From: Oopsacas minuta
Lineage: Eukaryota; Animalia; Porifera
DNA length: 64,000 bases
Direction of reading: 5' to 3'
Assembly: GCA_024704765.1 (NCBI GenBank)
Contig: JAKMXF010000307.1
Span: 124,001 to 188,000, forward strand
Part shown: positions 1-12,963 of the stretch, one piece after another
Numbering within the stretch: position 1 is the stretch's first letter
Layout of the letters: each line of letters starts with the position of its first letter
The notes under the pieces: generated by a model
What the model saw: only the letters and a program-made list of their open reading frames with translations
What the model was told of the DNA's origin: nothing
The model's database searches: none
Position numbers and translations under genes: made by a program

Positions 1-403
1 ACCCCTGACCTAAGTGATATGAACTCTATAAACAAAAAATGCTAAATCTTCCCCCTTTTGATATCCAAAGTTCGCAAAAATTAAAATCTACCCGGGACAA
101 ATATGTTACAAAGTGAAAGAACCCATAATAATACTTTACAAGATAAATTATCCCGAACAGATTTGTTAAATGAATATATCATGACAAATTAGTTCCGGCC
201 GTTACCATTTTGTATCCCTAACAAATATGTCAAAACAGGCCTTATGTATAGTAGGCTATGATTATATATAATTAATTCATCAGCTGGTTCCTTGAATAAC
301 TGAACTGATGGGAAATGAACTAAATATTGCGGACTTTGGAACAAAACCAAATTCAATTTAGCTGCTTTATGCGCATTCATAATTAGGCGAAATATGTTTA
401 CAG

Positions 404-1062
404 ATAGCATTCTATACACTAAGGCAATGGTGCTGATTAATGGACTTGGACCAGGGATTGGTAAGTCATTTCTAATTAAATAATGGAGATATATTATTTG
501 CTATAAAATATAAACGGTACATTGTGGCCGAACATATATATTATTGATATTTGACATTACTCACAGTCTACATCTACAAACTATTTTCAGGCCAAAATGA
601 CGTTATCTGTTTGCCTAGTTAGCAAATANNNNNNNNNNNNNNNNNNNNNNNNNNNNNNNNNNNNNNNNNNNNNNNNNNNNNNNNNNNNNNNNNNNNNNNN
701 NNNNNNNNNNNNNNNNNNNNNNNNNNNNNNNNNNNNNNNNNNNNNNNNNNNNNNNNNNNNNNNNNNNNNNNNNNNNNNNNNNNNNNNNNNNNNNNNNNNN
801 NNNNNNNNNNNNNNNNNNNNNNNNNNNNNNNNNNNNNNNNNGCTAACTAGGCAAACAGATAACGTCATTTTGGCCTGAAAATAGTTTGTAGATGTAGACT
901 GTGAGTAATGTCAAATATCAATAATATATATATTCGGCCACAATGCACCGTTTAAATTTTATAGCAAATAATATATCTCCATTATTTAATTAGAAATGAC
1001 TTACTCAATCCCTGGTCCAAGTCCATTAATCAGCGCCATTGTCTTAGTGTATAGAATGCTAT
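404..1062. repeat. ~220-bp inverted repeat pair (404-623 / 842-1062) flanking an assembly gap; possible long TIRs of a DNA transposon (Academ-like TAG...CTA ends) or an assembly artefact
   Basis: 404-623 (atagcattctatacactaaggcaatgg...gcctagttagc) is the near-perfect reverse complement of 842-1062. The same terminal sequence recurs at ~45523 (cattctatacactaaggcaatgg). No TSD is visible. Confidence 0.6.
629..841. other. Assembly gap (run of N)
   Basis: N characters in the sequence. Confidence 0.99.
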
Positions 1063-2099
1063 GGTTTACATAATTGATAAGGGTTATAAATGTTTTAGAT
1101 TTTATATTAGCTAATGTGTTACGAATTTATAGTTTGTATTTTTGTATTGATCACAAATGGTATCCTATTGTACATAAATTAGTGTACTAATTGGTCATTA
1201 ATAATCTCTTTTGCAAATAATGACTAAAACCACATCCAATTATCGTATACAATAAACTTATTGAATACAATACTATCTCGTTATAATGATAGGTTTCAAA
1301 TTCACATGTTGTAGGTAAATTTAAAAACGATATTATGACAATCTGACAAATGGGTGAATTTAAATATTAGTGGTTAATGTATAATCTTTCATATAGCAAA
1401 TAATAATAATTAATTGCAGAAATTTGTCACATAATTATCACTACAGGCTCTTGATTTTACATACCTACAGGGTGCCTCAAGAGTTCTGCAACAAATTTTT
1501 TACATCATTTTTCAAATCAAACCATAATTCAACTGCTGTTAAATTCATACTATGAACAAGGCTATATACTATATTCAATATAATGTGATAGTTCAATTCT
1601 AGTATATTATTTTGTCTGGTATATCTGAACTACAACAGAAGATGTCTGCTATTATTCTAATATTTCTAAATGGTAAGAAGCAGAATCAAATTCTAAAAGC
1701 CCTTGGTTCACCGAAATTTCACCATCGTTGATATCCCGCACGATAAAATGATATAGTGAGACAGGCGATATCATAGATAAGCAACGATCATGTCGGTCAT
1801 GAAAAATTAGGACTCCTACTAACAAGAAAAAGGTTCGTCAGATTTCAACTCGTCGGCCCACGATGTGCCAACGCATGGTCGCCGCAAAGGTCGGAATAGA
1901 TAAGGAATCTGCTGGACGAATAATCAAGAAAGACTTAGGTATGAAATGTTTCAAACGAAGTAGAGTAGAGTCACTTAATGGCCAGGTAATTAAAAAGAGA
2001 ATCCAAAGATGTCGTAGACTGTTGGATCAACTCAAAAATGTCAACAGTGATTCAATTGTATTTTCGGACGAGAAGATATTCTGGATTGAGGAGAAATGG

Positions 2100-5000
2100 C
2101 ACAGTGTGGCAATATGAGGAAATAGGCATATTGTAAAAAACATATTTCAATGCATTTTTCGAATTCTCCATAGTTCACTTAATACGAGAATATGATTGCC
2201 AGCATTAGAAGCAGTGAGGAATCCTAACTACGCACAACTTTGTTATGTGTTTCTAATAATAGAAATATATATTTTCAAACCGCAAATTCCTATGCCCTAG
2301 TGAATGTAATCATAATTGATGTAAATACTAAATATAAGAGTAAAAAATATCTTCTGAAAATAAATCTATATTATAACAACAATTTAATCATTGATAGGTT
2401 AGTCTAGATATTCATTTGTACTTTTTGTCTGGTGTCTAGTTTGGCCCTTACAAAGTTATAATTTTGAATTTTTTCTATTGATTGAAGTGTAGCATCTCTT
2501 GTTTGACAAAATTTGACAAAACGTTAGTTATATATACGTAATGTTACTATATTTAGTCAACTAATTAATCACTTTCCAGGTTTGCCAAAAGCTACCGAAA
2601 AGTATATCACGTCATTCATTGTCCGGACCGGACAAAAATCCGAAAATATATTTTCATACGTTTTAAATTTTTTCAGTAAAATTCTACATTTCGCTGGGTA
2701 TTAGTTATTCCAATGCTCTACAATCATATATCATAATGTTTCTATGTTAGTGTAGGCCTTTTGCGATCATGTCTGTACTAATCACGAAAATGAGGCATAT
2801 AATTTGTATATTTCGAATGGAAGAAGTGTTAGTCTCTGTTAGGAAACTTATTGAGAACAACCATTTATCCGATGAAGAAACTGCTACTCCCAATTTCAAA
2901 TTTAAATCACTTCTAACATCCAGAGAGGCTAACCGCAGGAAGGATCTTAAACATGGGATAACATGATTTTCCACTCTACTCTACTCATCTAACTATATCC
3001 AATCCGAGAAAGAGAATATCGCTTGATCCTGAATTTTCCTCTTTAGTCACTGATTCTGAAAATCGAAACTTTTCAAAACAGATTGTAACTGAATCCCGAA
3101 GCATATTCTCGAATGTCACATGAAGACTTCCAGATCGAGACTTGGTGTTCTTTTAGAGCATGTGGACTTTTTAGCAGAGAGAGAAAAGATTGAGCCTAAA
3201 CAACTACTCGCTCTAGCTTTAGAATTAGTCTCAAAAAAATCTTATGACCGTGATATTTCTGATATATGCAGAGAAATAATTATAAGGGATCTTTTAGCGG
3301 TGTATTAAACAAAGTACAAATCTCTAAATGTGCTTATATATTGGACAGCTTAGAAATTAGGGCGAGTAATACACGAATATGAAAAGAATTCTCAAAGGTG
3401 ATGTCAAACTTCCTTCCTATAAGCTTGTCCCGCAATATCATAGGGAAATTAGCCTAATAAATGAAATGGAAATAGTTAGTGACCCCGAAGCATTGTCAAT
3501 TGGGACTTGGGTCTCTTATCATTCCATCCTTAGTCTGACCATTCAACGCTCGCTTTCAACATTAGGCCCAAATCTTGATTCACACTACCCACTCAAAATT
3601 AAGATATCTGATGGATTGGATGGCCCGGTTGTCATCAAACCTATAACTAATAAAGCAACAATTCTGTATTAAGCACAAAAACTTTCAGTTTGTTCGGATT
3701 CAAAGTAATATCAATTACAGACACACTTGGAAATGACATGTTCTATAACAGCTCACCCAACTCTCCGTTCTGCTTTAGGCCAGTAGCACTGATAGCTTTG
3801 AAAGAAGAATATTCTAGTGTAAAGCTTATCATGAATACAATAGTCAATCCTCAAACAGACCATATCATACAGGATGGGTTATCTCTTATTGGAAGCCATG
3901 CACAGGTCGAGATAGTCCGTTCTTTTTTTGATACCAAGATGGTAGGATGACTGGATGGAGCTGGTGGGGCTTCTTGTCATCTGTGTGCTGCAACGGATAG
4001 CCAAATTACAAGTTTAGAATGGACCATTCTGGTTTCCTATTAACAGATTAATTAGCGACGCTCGGCAACTTTTTGAAGAGGTTGATGAAGAAGATTACTT
4101 GAAACTCCCATCAAATCAACGTATTGGTGTTACGCATCAGCCAACTTCTAACATCGATATTATAGCTGCGTCTCCTTTGCATGCTTACCTTTGTGTATTC
4201 AGGTGGTTCATGCTGTTGATATACCATCTTGGTGCAGGACACAAGGTATGGGCGCCATCAAACTCGAAAGTAAATTCTTCAATGAAACAGGTTCGAGATA
4301 TACTCCAGGAAAGATGTAACTTCAGTGTCAATATCCCTTCAAGCCAGGGCGGCATTTCAACCACTGGTAACATTGCACGAGACTGCTTTTCAAATAAGAG
4401 AGATTTTTTGACGTGGGCCACTTCTTCCATTAATCCTTCAGATAAAATATCATTAAGTAGGTCCAGACAAATCCATCTGTTTTGTTAAGACTTCTCAACA
4501 GTGGTGACTTGATTAACTGTGACAAAATGCAAGAATTGTGCAAAGAAACGTACGAATTTATTCTAGTTGAGTACCCATGGGCAAGCATCACTCCATCTTT
4601 GCACAAGTTACTTGCCCATTCGTTTCAGTTAATAGGTGCTTACAATAATGGTAAAGGATTACAGAATCTCTGTGTGAAATGTTTAGAATCCTGCATTAAA
4701 TTTGTAAGGCGGTATCGAGAGAATCTTGCAAGAAAAACTTCTTTCACAGATAATTTTAGAGATATTTTAGTCAGGTTGTAATGTTGTCGTACCCCATCTT
4801 AGTACAGAATCGTTTGAAGCAACACAAAAGAAAAGAGACGTTGCAAATAGCCTCCAAGAAATATTATATAATAGTACACTATCAGATGGTTTATAATAAT
4901 AAGTATATCCAATAGTCATACATAATCAAGGGTCTTTAAATTGTACGTTATCAAATAGCAGAATAGAGACCATGACATGCATGTATTATCAACTTTCATA

Positions 5001-5202
5001 ATATCCTCACTAATGAACCACAAGTGTTAAAAGGTTGAAAATATCAGTAATCACGTGATAATTAGGTTTATAGTCGTGCTACTAAAAAATCATTGGTATT
5101 TTTGAAATCTACAGTGTCGATTTAGTATATGTAATTATAATTGTGGTGATATTACAGATTCATTTAGCTATTTCCCCATTATAGCCATTTTGCCACACTG
5201 TG
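2100..5202 (+). mobile_element. RAG1-like (Transib/RAG1L-type) DNA transposon, copy A, family 1, complete ends
   Basis: aatgg|CACAGTGTGGCAA ... TTGCCACACTGTG|aatgg, giving a 13-bp TIR that starts with the RSS heptamer and a perfect 5-bp TSD (2095-2099 / 5203-5207). Internal RAG1-core-like ORF fragments. Confidence 0.93.
2769..4870 (+). pseudogene. RAG1-core-like transposase, frameshifted (copy A)
   Basis: Ordered fragments: NBD-like (SRSRLGVLLEHV...), KISDGLDG (D, codon 3619), RSFFDTKM (D, 3930), ASCHLCAA (CxxC), SPLHAY, SITPSLHKLLAH (cf. RAG1 ITNYFHKTLAH), CLESCIKFVRRYRENLARK (E, 4686; cf. RAG1 GNESGNKLFRRFRKMNARQ). End coordinate is approximate. Confidence 0.88.
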
Positions 5203-8040
5203 AATGGAACTCTCAAAATTCGCGGGTTTATTCCTTAACACGTGATGACATCCCAGAAAACTTAAGAAGTGTCCATAAATCACAAGACCCCAAAAGTATT
5301 ATGGCTTGTGCGGGAATTTCAGTTTTAGGGAAAACTCCGTTAGTATTCATACCCGAAGGTACAAAAATTTATGCTTAAGGTATATAAAGATCTTATGCTG
5401 GAGAAACATGTCTTAGCAATTGGTTTGACCTTCATGAAGAACAAGGCATGGGTATTTCAACAGGATGATGTACCGGGTTATACCGCTAAAATATCTCAAG
5501 ATTGGTTATCAAGTAAGATCTCAGGGTTTTTGAGCCGTGACGAATGGTCCCCTTCAAGTCTTGACCTAGACCCTTGTGATTATTATTTGTGGGAAAGACT
5601 ATAGACACTAGTAAACAATAGATTCCACAACAATATTCCAGCACTAAAACGAGCGTTAAAGAAAGCTTGGTGTGGATTAGATCAAGATGAGGTCGCTCGG
5701 GCCTGCAAATTAAATCCGTCCAGATTTAAAGATTGTATGAAGACCGGAGGGAATAGATTTGAAATCAAGTAGAGCGAAAATATTTCGTATATGATAGTTA
5801 GACATAATAGCATTATCTTAACAAAATGTTAGTCTCGCTATATGCCTTACATGACAAGAATTACATTTAAATTTAGTTGCAGAACTTTTGAGGTGTAGCA
5901 TAGTGTCCAGTATTGTTATTCTTCGTGTCACCTCTACTGCCAAACTGGATAGAATTAACGTGTTATATGATAGTTCCTCGGTGTGAAAAAGAAATTCTTC
6001 GGTGTGTTTATCCTATTGGCTAATCAATTGGAGACCAAGAGCCACTAAATCACACCGGTTAAACTTTTGTCTGGCCTCTGGCAAATAACATGAAAGGAAA
6101 GTTACCAAAGATTTCACACCTTTCGAAAGCGATAAATTTTGCACCTTTGTCTCTTCGAGAATTATTATAATGGTTAAAGTTTTAATGTAAATTAATGAAA
6201 AATATTGATTTTACATTTGCTTTGCAAATAGCCTACATATATGTGCATGATACCTACACATATTGTCAAATTACCAATAAATGTTGTGATCTCACCAACA
6301 ATAGGGAATATATTGTTGTAATTTCAGGCGACTCGTACTAGTCTGTAGCTACAAAAAAGGAATGGGAACATTATTCAGGCACATAATGGGTACAAATACA
6401 CTCGGAACTTTGTTTACTCTAATTGAATACTAGTTGTAGATTTTCATGGTATTAGTAGATGAATCTTGTCCTTGGGAGTTGACCAGAAGTTTCCCTAACT
6501 CCATAGTTTTGCTGAGCATCTGTATAACTCACTAAGAACGTGATTGGATAGACATTTTTGGATTATATAACTAGACTGGATTTAGCCGAGAATGTCAAGT
6601 TAGTAATGTGATATATCCTATACACATGCGATTATAGATTGGTAACAATAGATTTTGTCTTGCTGGTATTTTAGTCCTATTATGTAATTGTCATGTGTTC
6701 GTAATTTGACACATGTGTTGGTAATTTGCAACTGTTTCGATTTTACATCACTATGTCATCAGTAATGATTTTATTGTTTTTACATTATATATATTCATTG
6801 GAAAACAATAGGTTTTTCTAGTGTTGTATACTATGGTTATACATTTTTCCAATGGGAAGTGTTCGATTCTGAAAAATTACTCAGTGTATAAGCAAATATA
6901 CTCAATTGTATGAGTTTAATAGCAGGCTTGAATAACTAATTGAGCTGAATATCAGGAGTTAAAGGCACAAAATGTTTTCCGCGAATAATCGAAACCTAGA
7001 ATAGCTAGGGTTGCGTGTATTTAGTCTTATCAAAAAGCGGTTGGCTGGGAAAAGTAACTGACACGCTCTGTTACGAGCTCAATAAATCTTAAAATCGATG
7101 CCACCAGAAGAGTTCAAAGATTTTTCAAATGTGTCTTGATATGCTAAAGTAATATGTTTCCCACAAGGGGGAGTATTCCGAAAATACTATGAAGTAAATT
7201 ACTATGCTATATATGTACCTCAGTTTCATTTAATTATATTAGTCTGTAACATATTGAAATGCCCTAAGCAATGAATTTTTTACAATGTGATACCTAGTAT
7301 TACAGATTTCCCTAAGGGAAATACAAGCAAAAATCAGTTGAGAACTACTCAATTATCAGTATTTCCTCGAAGGAATTTGGTATCTATCGGAATTTGGCCG
7401 TTTCAGACCTAACCCATAAATTAACATTTGAAGGCCTATAGGAATGTGTAGCGCATACCTCACGATATGTGAGATTAAGTCTGTATATAGATATAAAGCC
7501 CCGTACATATTACCTTGACTTTACTATCTATTAACAAATTTAAGAGGAACAAAAAGTTACCTGTATAACTGTCATGATTTGTTACTCGTAAATCGAAGGG
7601 ACCACAGTCATCTGTACATGTTAGCTGTTATTTTTCTTCTAAGATTCATTGCAGTTTGGGAGCGACCTTCACTATATCGAAGAGACCCTCCGCAGATATG
7701 ATTGCTAACAATAAATACCAATTGTCTGACTAACTGTTGAGTATGCTCGAATTATAGTTCACGTTCGAGGGTACGATCCTCGTTAGAAATTCCGATTTGA
7801 GGTGACCTCTGGGTTGGACAGTATGGATACTATAAAGTATATACCAGTACAAGTAATGTTAAAGTGAAAGAATTATCAACCAAAGCGATGTTAAGCAAAT
7901 TTACTTTTCAAATCAATCAGACCAAAGGGAAGTACAATAAATATATCATTGAATGAGAATGGAGGTAACAATGAAATATTCAAAATATGAACATAATATG
8001 CATAATTGATACATGGCATTAAGGGAAATTGCAAACGTAA

Positions 8041-8394
8041 TCAAGTTAATTGTATTTGCATATATCGATGTACTAAATAGTCTTTTAATGGTTTTGAAGA
8101 AATCACTTTTGATTTAAGCTTAACTACATCAGAAGAAGAAACAGCTAGGAGGCATTGTGCAGCAGATAGACGTGCTGCAGGATCAACCTCTAGTAAGCTG
8201 CCTATGCACATCTTAGAAGCCTTTGAAATAGTTAAAAATGTAGAATACGCAAATGAGTAAGAAGCAGTTAAAACCTTTGACCTCGTTTCATTCTCTGAAT
8301 TCCCACCGAAAGGGTAATATCCTGATAACAGGATATACATCACAACTCCTGAAGCCCATTGATCAGCTGAGTATGTAACATTGGAGCCAATCAC
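8041..8394 (-). CDS. Terminal coding exon of a CAMK-group Ser/Thr kinase (Trio/obscurin/MLCK-like), subdomains IX-XI plus regulatory tail
   Basis: VIGSNVTYSADQWASGVVMYILLSGYYPFGG...DPAARLSAAQCL. Preceded by acceptor ttcatAG (8395-8396); ends at a TGA stop. Confidence 0.85.
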   Translation of the reverse strand: MIGSNVTYSADQWASGVVMYILLSGYYPFGGNSENETRSKVLTASYSFAYSTFLTISKASKMCIGSLLEVDPAARLSAAQCLLAVSSSDVVKLKSKVISSKPLKDYLVHRYMQIQLT

Positions 8395-9252
8395 CTATGA
8401 ACATGAAGCAGTCACCTAGTCACTTATTTTAGTCAATATAATAATGCACAAAATTCAGCAGAACAATTTACAACGCACAAAATACGACAAATGTTTGACA
8501 AGGATTTAGTCAAATGAAGTCAGAACAACGTATGTAATCTATAAATAAATAATTTGCACTCAATTAAACTCAAATAAAAAGTACACCTTAGGTAACGAAA
8601 GATAACATGTATCATCTCGTTTGATTAAGTTGAGTTTTAAAACTGCTGGTAAAAATTGTTTTACAGAGACAATGTAGCAATCAACAAATTATAATATACA
8701 TTAACCGAGCAAAAGTACTTGTACACCACTAAGTATGCAATTGTATACCCTGCCAATCCAACCAATATTTTAACATGCATACAAATATATACCTGAAAGA
8801 ACTATCTGACTATGTTATTAACAATATCCTGGCTAAATATATGGAGGTATTTCCAATTAAATATTTCCAGGCAGACTATGCACATGACTCACTAAAGTCG
8901 GAGTTATAGAGTTGAACATCTAGAAAACTACCAACAGTGTGGGCCATTCAAAGTAGAGATTGCAAAGGTGTATATACGGATCTCTGCAGATTTTCCTTGT
9001 AGAATTTACTGAGTTCTTCTTTTTGACGATAATTATTCGCTTCATTGGCCTAGTGATAACTTTACCACCTAGTATCCTGCCCAATTCATTTTTAGTCTCT
9101 TCGATTTTATCATTTAGAATAAACAAAAGTTCAAATTCTTGAATGTGCTGGAATAATGTTACATTTAGCTTGGTATGGTAGCTCTCGGCTCGGGTATTAA
9201 TGGTAACTTCACTTTCGTATGTTGAAAGATGTTCAGAATCGTTTTTGAAGTA

Positions 9253-10219
9253 CTTAGGGCTTTCAATATGTTCCAAGCCCTACATCATAATTGCACAATT
9301 ATATATTCATATACTAATTCCTGTATATAATTATTTACCCACTACATTAGTCTATAAAATACATTTGAAATTATTCAATTCGGAATAGATTATGTAAATA
9401 TCACAAAGTGTTGCATAGTAGATTTTATAGCCTTTTTGATAACATGGCTTCTCCAGACTTCAATTTGAAATTTGAACAAAGGGGGATAATAAAGTTCTGG
9501 AGAAGGCTTGGTCTTGAAATTCTATCAGTGAGCTGACTATCGCAGGTTAGCTGAGGTCTGCACTGGTTATGAGACCTGGATTAAACATGCTGAGCCTCTG
9601 AGAAAGAACAGAGCAAAACGTGGCTCCCTAAAGGTGGTACCCCAAGCACTAATCCCAGGCCGGACTTCCGTGCAATGAAGGTTCTATACTGTATATTGTT
9701 TGATGCTCATGGTATAGTAGCTTCCATTTGCTTCCCAAAGAAGCGTACAATGACCGGACAATTTTACGCAGAGAAATGTTTGGCGAGGTAGAGAATCATT
9801 ACTATTCGAAGAAACAAGTCGTGTATACCAAAGAGATCCGAATATTGCACGATAACGCCAGACTTCACAAATCAAGATTGTCGTTAAAATGTTGAGTGAA
9901 ATGGGAATGGTTGAGTTGCCCCATCCTCTATATAGACCTGATCTATCGCCATCTGATTATTGACTTTTCAGTAAAGTCGAAAAGCACTGAGGAGGTAAGG
10001 TTTTCGACAAGACATGCACTCGGATATGAGCTTCATAAGACCCTTAAAGACATTCCCGAAAAGAGTTCAAAAAAACATTTCTGATGTGGGCATAATGATT
10101 AAAGCTATGTGTCTCATACAAGGGCGAATATTTCGAGCATACCATGAAATACGATATTTTATTATCATCTTACCTATGATATTAGAATAATAGGTCCGGG
10201 ACATATTGAATGCCCCAAG
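9253..10219 (+). mobile_element. Internally deleted mariner element
   Basis: Degenerate TIRs (cttagggctttcaatatg / catattgaatgccccaag). Transposase remnants (ILHDNAR..., PHP.Y..DLSPSDY) resemble the 21251-22578 element. Confidence 0.65.
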
Positions 10220-10340
10220 AAATTCAAAAGTTTGTTCAATTTAACTGATTCATTCAGAGGAAATTCTTGTTTTTAGGAAATGCTTAAGTTTGCTGAATAA
10301 TATTAGAAGGGAGAACGGTTGTGCTATCAATTGTCGATTA

Positions 10341-12963
10341 CACAACGTAACAAATTTTTATGAGGTCTTTGTTTGGCTTGATATTTTGATTGTTTATGGA
10401 TAATTTTGAGGCGCTGATTCCGAAAATGCAATTAGTTTTTTTCTATCATCGATCGTTAACTTTCAGGAACCCTATTTATATGAGCAGGTTACACGCTTAG
10501 CCAACTCAGCAAAAACGTACTTCACAATCAAAATCTTTTGTGCTATAACAATAAAGATAACAAACATTTTGCACTTCCTTCACTGTCTCTTGTCTTTTTA
10601 AGCTCTGGGAGACACTTAAAGTGTCTGCAAATGCACAGCTTAAACAGCATCAGAATTCCAGGCTGCAGCAAAACTTAGAAATTTCGTTCTTGTGTATAGT
10701 TTATTTGCTATCCAGTGCCTTCACTTGGAAAGTATTTACTTATATTAATAGTATAAGCTACCAGCAGCTAGTATAAGCATAAGTATAACTGCCTTTAGCA
10801 GAGAAGGCAGAAACAACTTGCTGGTTGTTCTTACGTTAAGTTAGTGTTTTGGAAAATTAGAAATTGCAATGGCTAGTAGGCAATGCAAAAATTCACCTGA
10901 CTCATTTTGCTATGTTTGTGGATATTATGTTGGTGACAAACATGTTTCAAATAAAATATCAAAAGAAGCTAAGTATTGGGAAGTGTATAGACTGTATTTT
11001 GCGATGTCCATTGGGGACCAAGAAAGGCCTGGGCCCCACATGTAATTTGTGGCAGCTGTCGATCTAATCTTGAAAGTTGATTGAGGGGCTCCGCTAGAGT
11101 ATGCCATTTGCTATTCCAAGAGTTTGGAGAGAGCTACAAAACCATCATGATGATTGTTACTTTTGCATGATTAATATTGCTTAGTACCGCAATGTTAAGG
11201 GAAGAAGAGCACTGACTTAGCCAAGTATACCTTCATCCATTGCATCTGTTCCTCACAGTGAAACTTTACCAGTTCCAAAACCACCAGTAAATGTATGTAG
11301 TTTTATGTTTTATAATATTAGGCTAAGCTAGCTTATATGCTGTAAGGGTGACCCACAATCTGCATCTTATGTTTTATTCTTGTCATCTGAGTTGGAGTTT
11401 AATACTGAATGTAAAGACTCGATATCAAGTGAAACTTCGGATGCTGAGGAGGAATATCTCCAATCAACAAGTGCAGATCGTCATTATCCTTCTAAGAGAG
11501 AATTAGATGACTTAATCAAGATCTGCAACTAACATAATCTGCAGCAGAGCTATTGACGTCAAGATTAAGCGAGTGGAACTTGCTGCGTGATGATTGCAAA
11601 ATAACTGCTTACAGGAGGAGGCACTTGGACTTTTCTGTTTACTTTGATATAATACAGGATCTGTGCTATGGCAAAGATGTGAATAGTTTGTTTGATGCTG
11701 TTGGAATTGAACATGACCCTCCTCAGTGGCAACATTTTGTTGACAGTTTCACCAAAAGTCTTAAAGGAGTTTTACTTCATAATGGGAACAAATATCCGTC
11801 AATTCCACTTGCTTATTCAATACAAATGAAAGAAGACTATGAAAATGTCAAGCAACTACTGCTTAAAATAAACTATGCTGAATTTAACTGGCAGCTCTGT
11901 GGTGATTTTAAGATGTTGGGGTTTTTGTTGGGACTGCAGGGTGGTTACACCAAATACTCATGTTTTCTTTGTTTGTGGAACAGCAGAGCTGATGGAGAGC
12001 ACTACAAGAAGATTCAATGGCCGCCAAGAAAAGAATTAATGCCAGGAAAGTACAATGTCATCAAAGAGACACTTGTATGCCGGGAAAAAGTTTTACTACT
12101 ACCTCTTCATATAAAACTAGGTTTAGAAAAGCAATTTGTTAAAGCTTTGGATTTTGAAGGAGAAGCTTTTCAAGAAATCCGTACAATGTTTCCAAAATTA
12201 TCAGATGCTAAACTAAAGGGAGGAATATTTGTTGGCCCCCAAATAACCACCATGTTAAAGTCAAGAACCTTGGAGGATAAAATGACCGAAACAGAAAGAA
12301 AACGAGGGCAAGCATTTCGAGATGTAGTTGATGGCCTTTTAGGAAATAACAAAGATCCTAATTATGGAGAGATAGTGAATACTCTGATCACAAGCTACCA
12401 AAAGATGGGATGTCGTATGTCGTTGAAACTTCATTTTCTATGCTCTCATCTTTACTTCTTTCAAGAAAATTGGGGGGATTTCAGCGAGGAACATGGTGAG
12501 AGATTTCACCAAGATATTCAGCTAATGGAAAGACGGTTTCAGGGCCGCTGGGACAGTGCAATGATGGGCGATTACATGTGGTTTTGATAAGGGAAGATAT
12601 TTCTGGTCACAAAAGAAAAGCTCGTTCAACAGTTCATTTTTGAAGTATTTTAACTCTCTAACATTCTAACATGAGTGCGTTTTGTTTTCTTTAGGACTTA
12701 TAACCAACAATGTACTGTTTGGTAGTGATTTTCATGTTCAAATAGTCTTATCAACACATAACTACGTGTTTAAATGAATTACAAGAGCTGTAGGTAAATC
12801 TACATGTAATGAACAACACAACTTGTTCGGGAAAAGTAAAAGTGTAAATACGTCCAAAAGCATTGATGATATGGAAAACTAACACGATTTTTGAATTCAA
12901 CGACGCAAATAACATAAGGGGACATCAAAAATTGAAGCCAAACAATAATTGTGTTACGTAGTG
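10341..12963 (+). mobile_element. Chapaev3-type DNA transposon (copy 1)
   Basis: tta|CACAACGTAACA ... TGTTACGTAGTG|tta: CAC termini and a 3-bp TTA TSD. Subterminal gcgctgattccgaaaa-type motif. Confidence 0.8.
10869..12643 (+). pseudogene. Chapaev3 transposase with stops/frameshifts; core ORF 11553-12587 open
   Basis: N-terminal MASRQCKNSPDSFCYVCG...WRE..NHHDDCYFC Zn motif. Core FVDSF, CGDFKM, CFLCLW, LHIKLG, HFLCSH, EEHGERFHQDI. Confidence 0.8.

Larger units (their letters stand above)
1468..5893 (+). mobile_element. Tc1/mariner superfamily, maT-type (DD37D) element, degenerate, split by RAG1-like element A
   Basis: Left TIR TA|cagggtgcctcaagagttctgcaac; right TIR gttgcagaacttttgagg (tip lost). 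ORF pieces read VFSDEK (1863-2117) and QQDDVPG...DLDPCDY (5371-5604), with 37 aa between the second and third D. Removing 2100-5202 plus one TSD restores EEKW|NSQNSRVY. Confidence 0.85.

Noticed and set aside
587-878. ORFs spanning the N-run
   Set aside because: Artefacts of translating the assembly gap.
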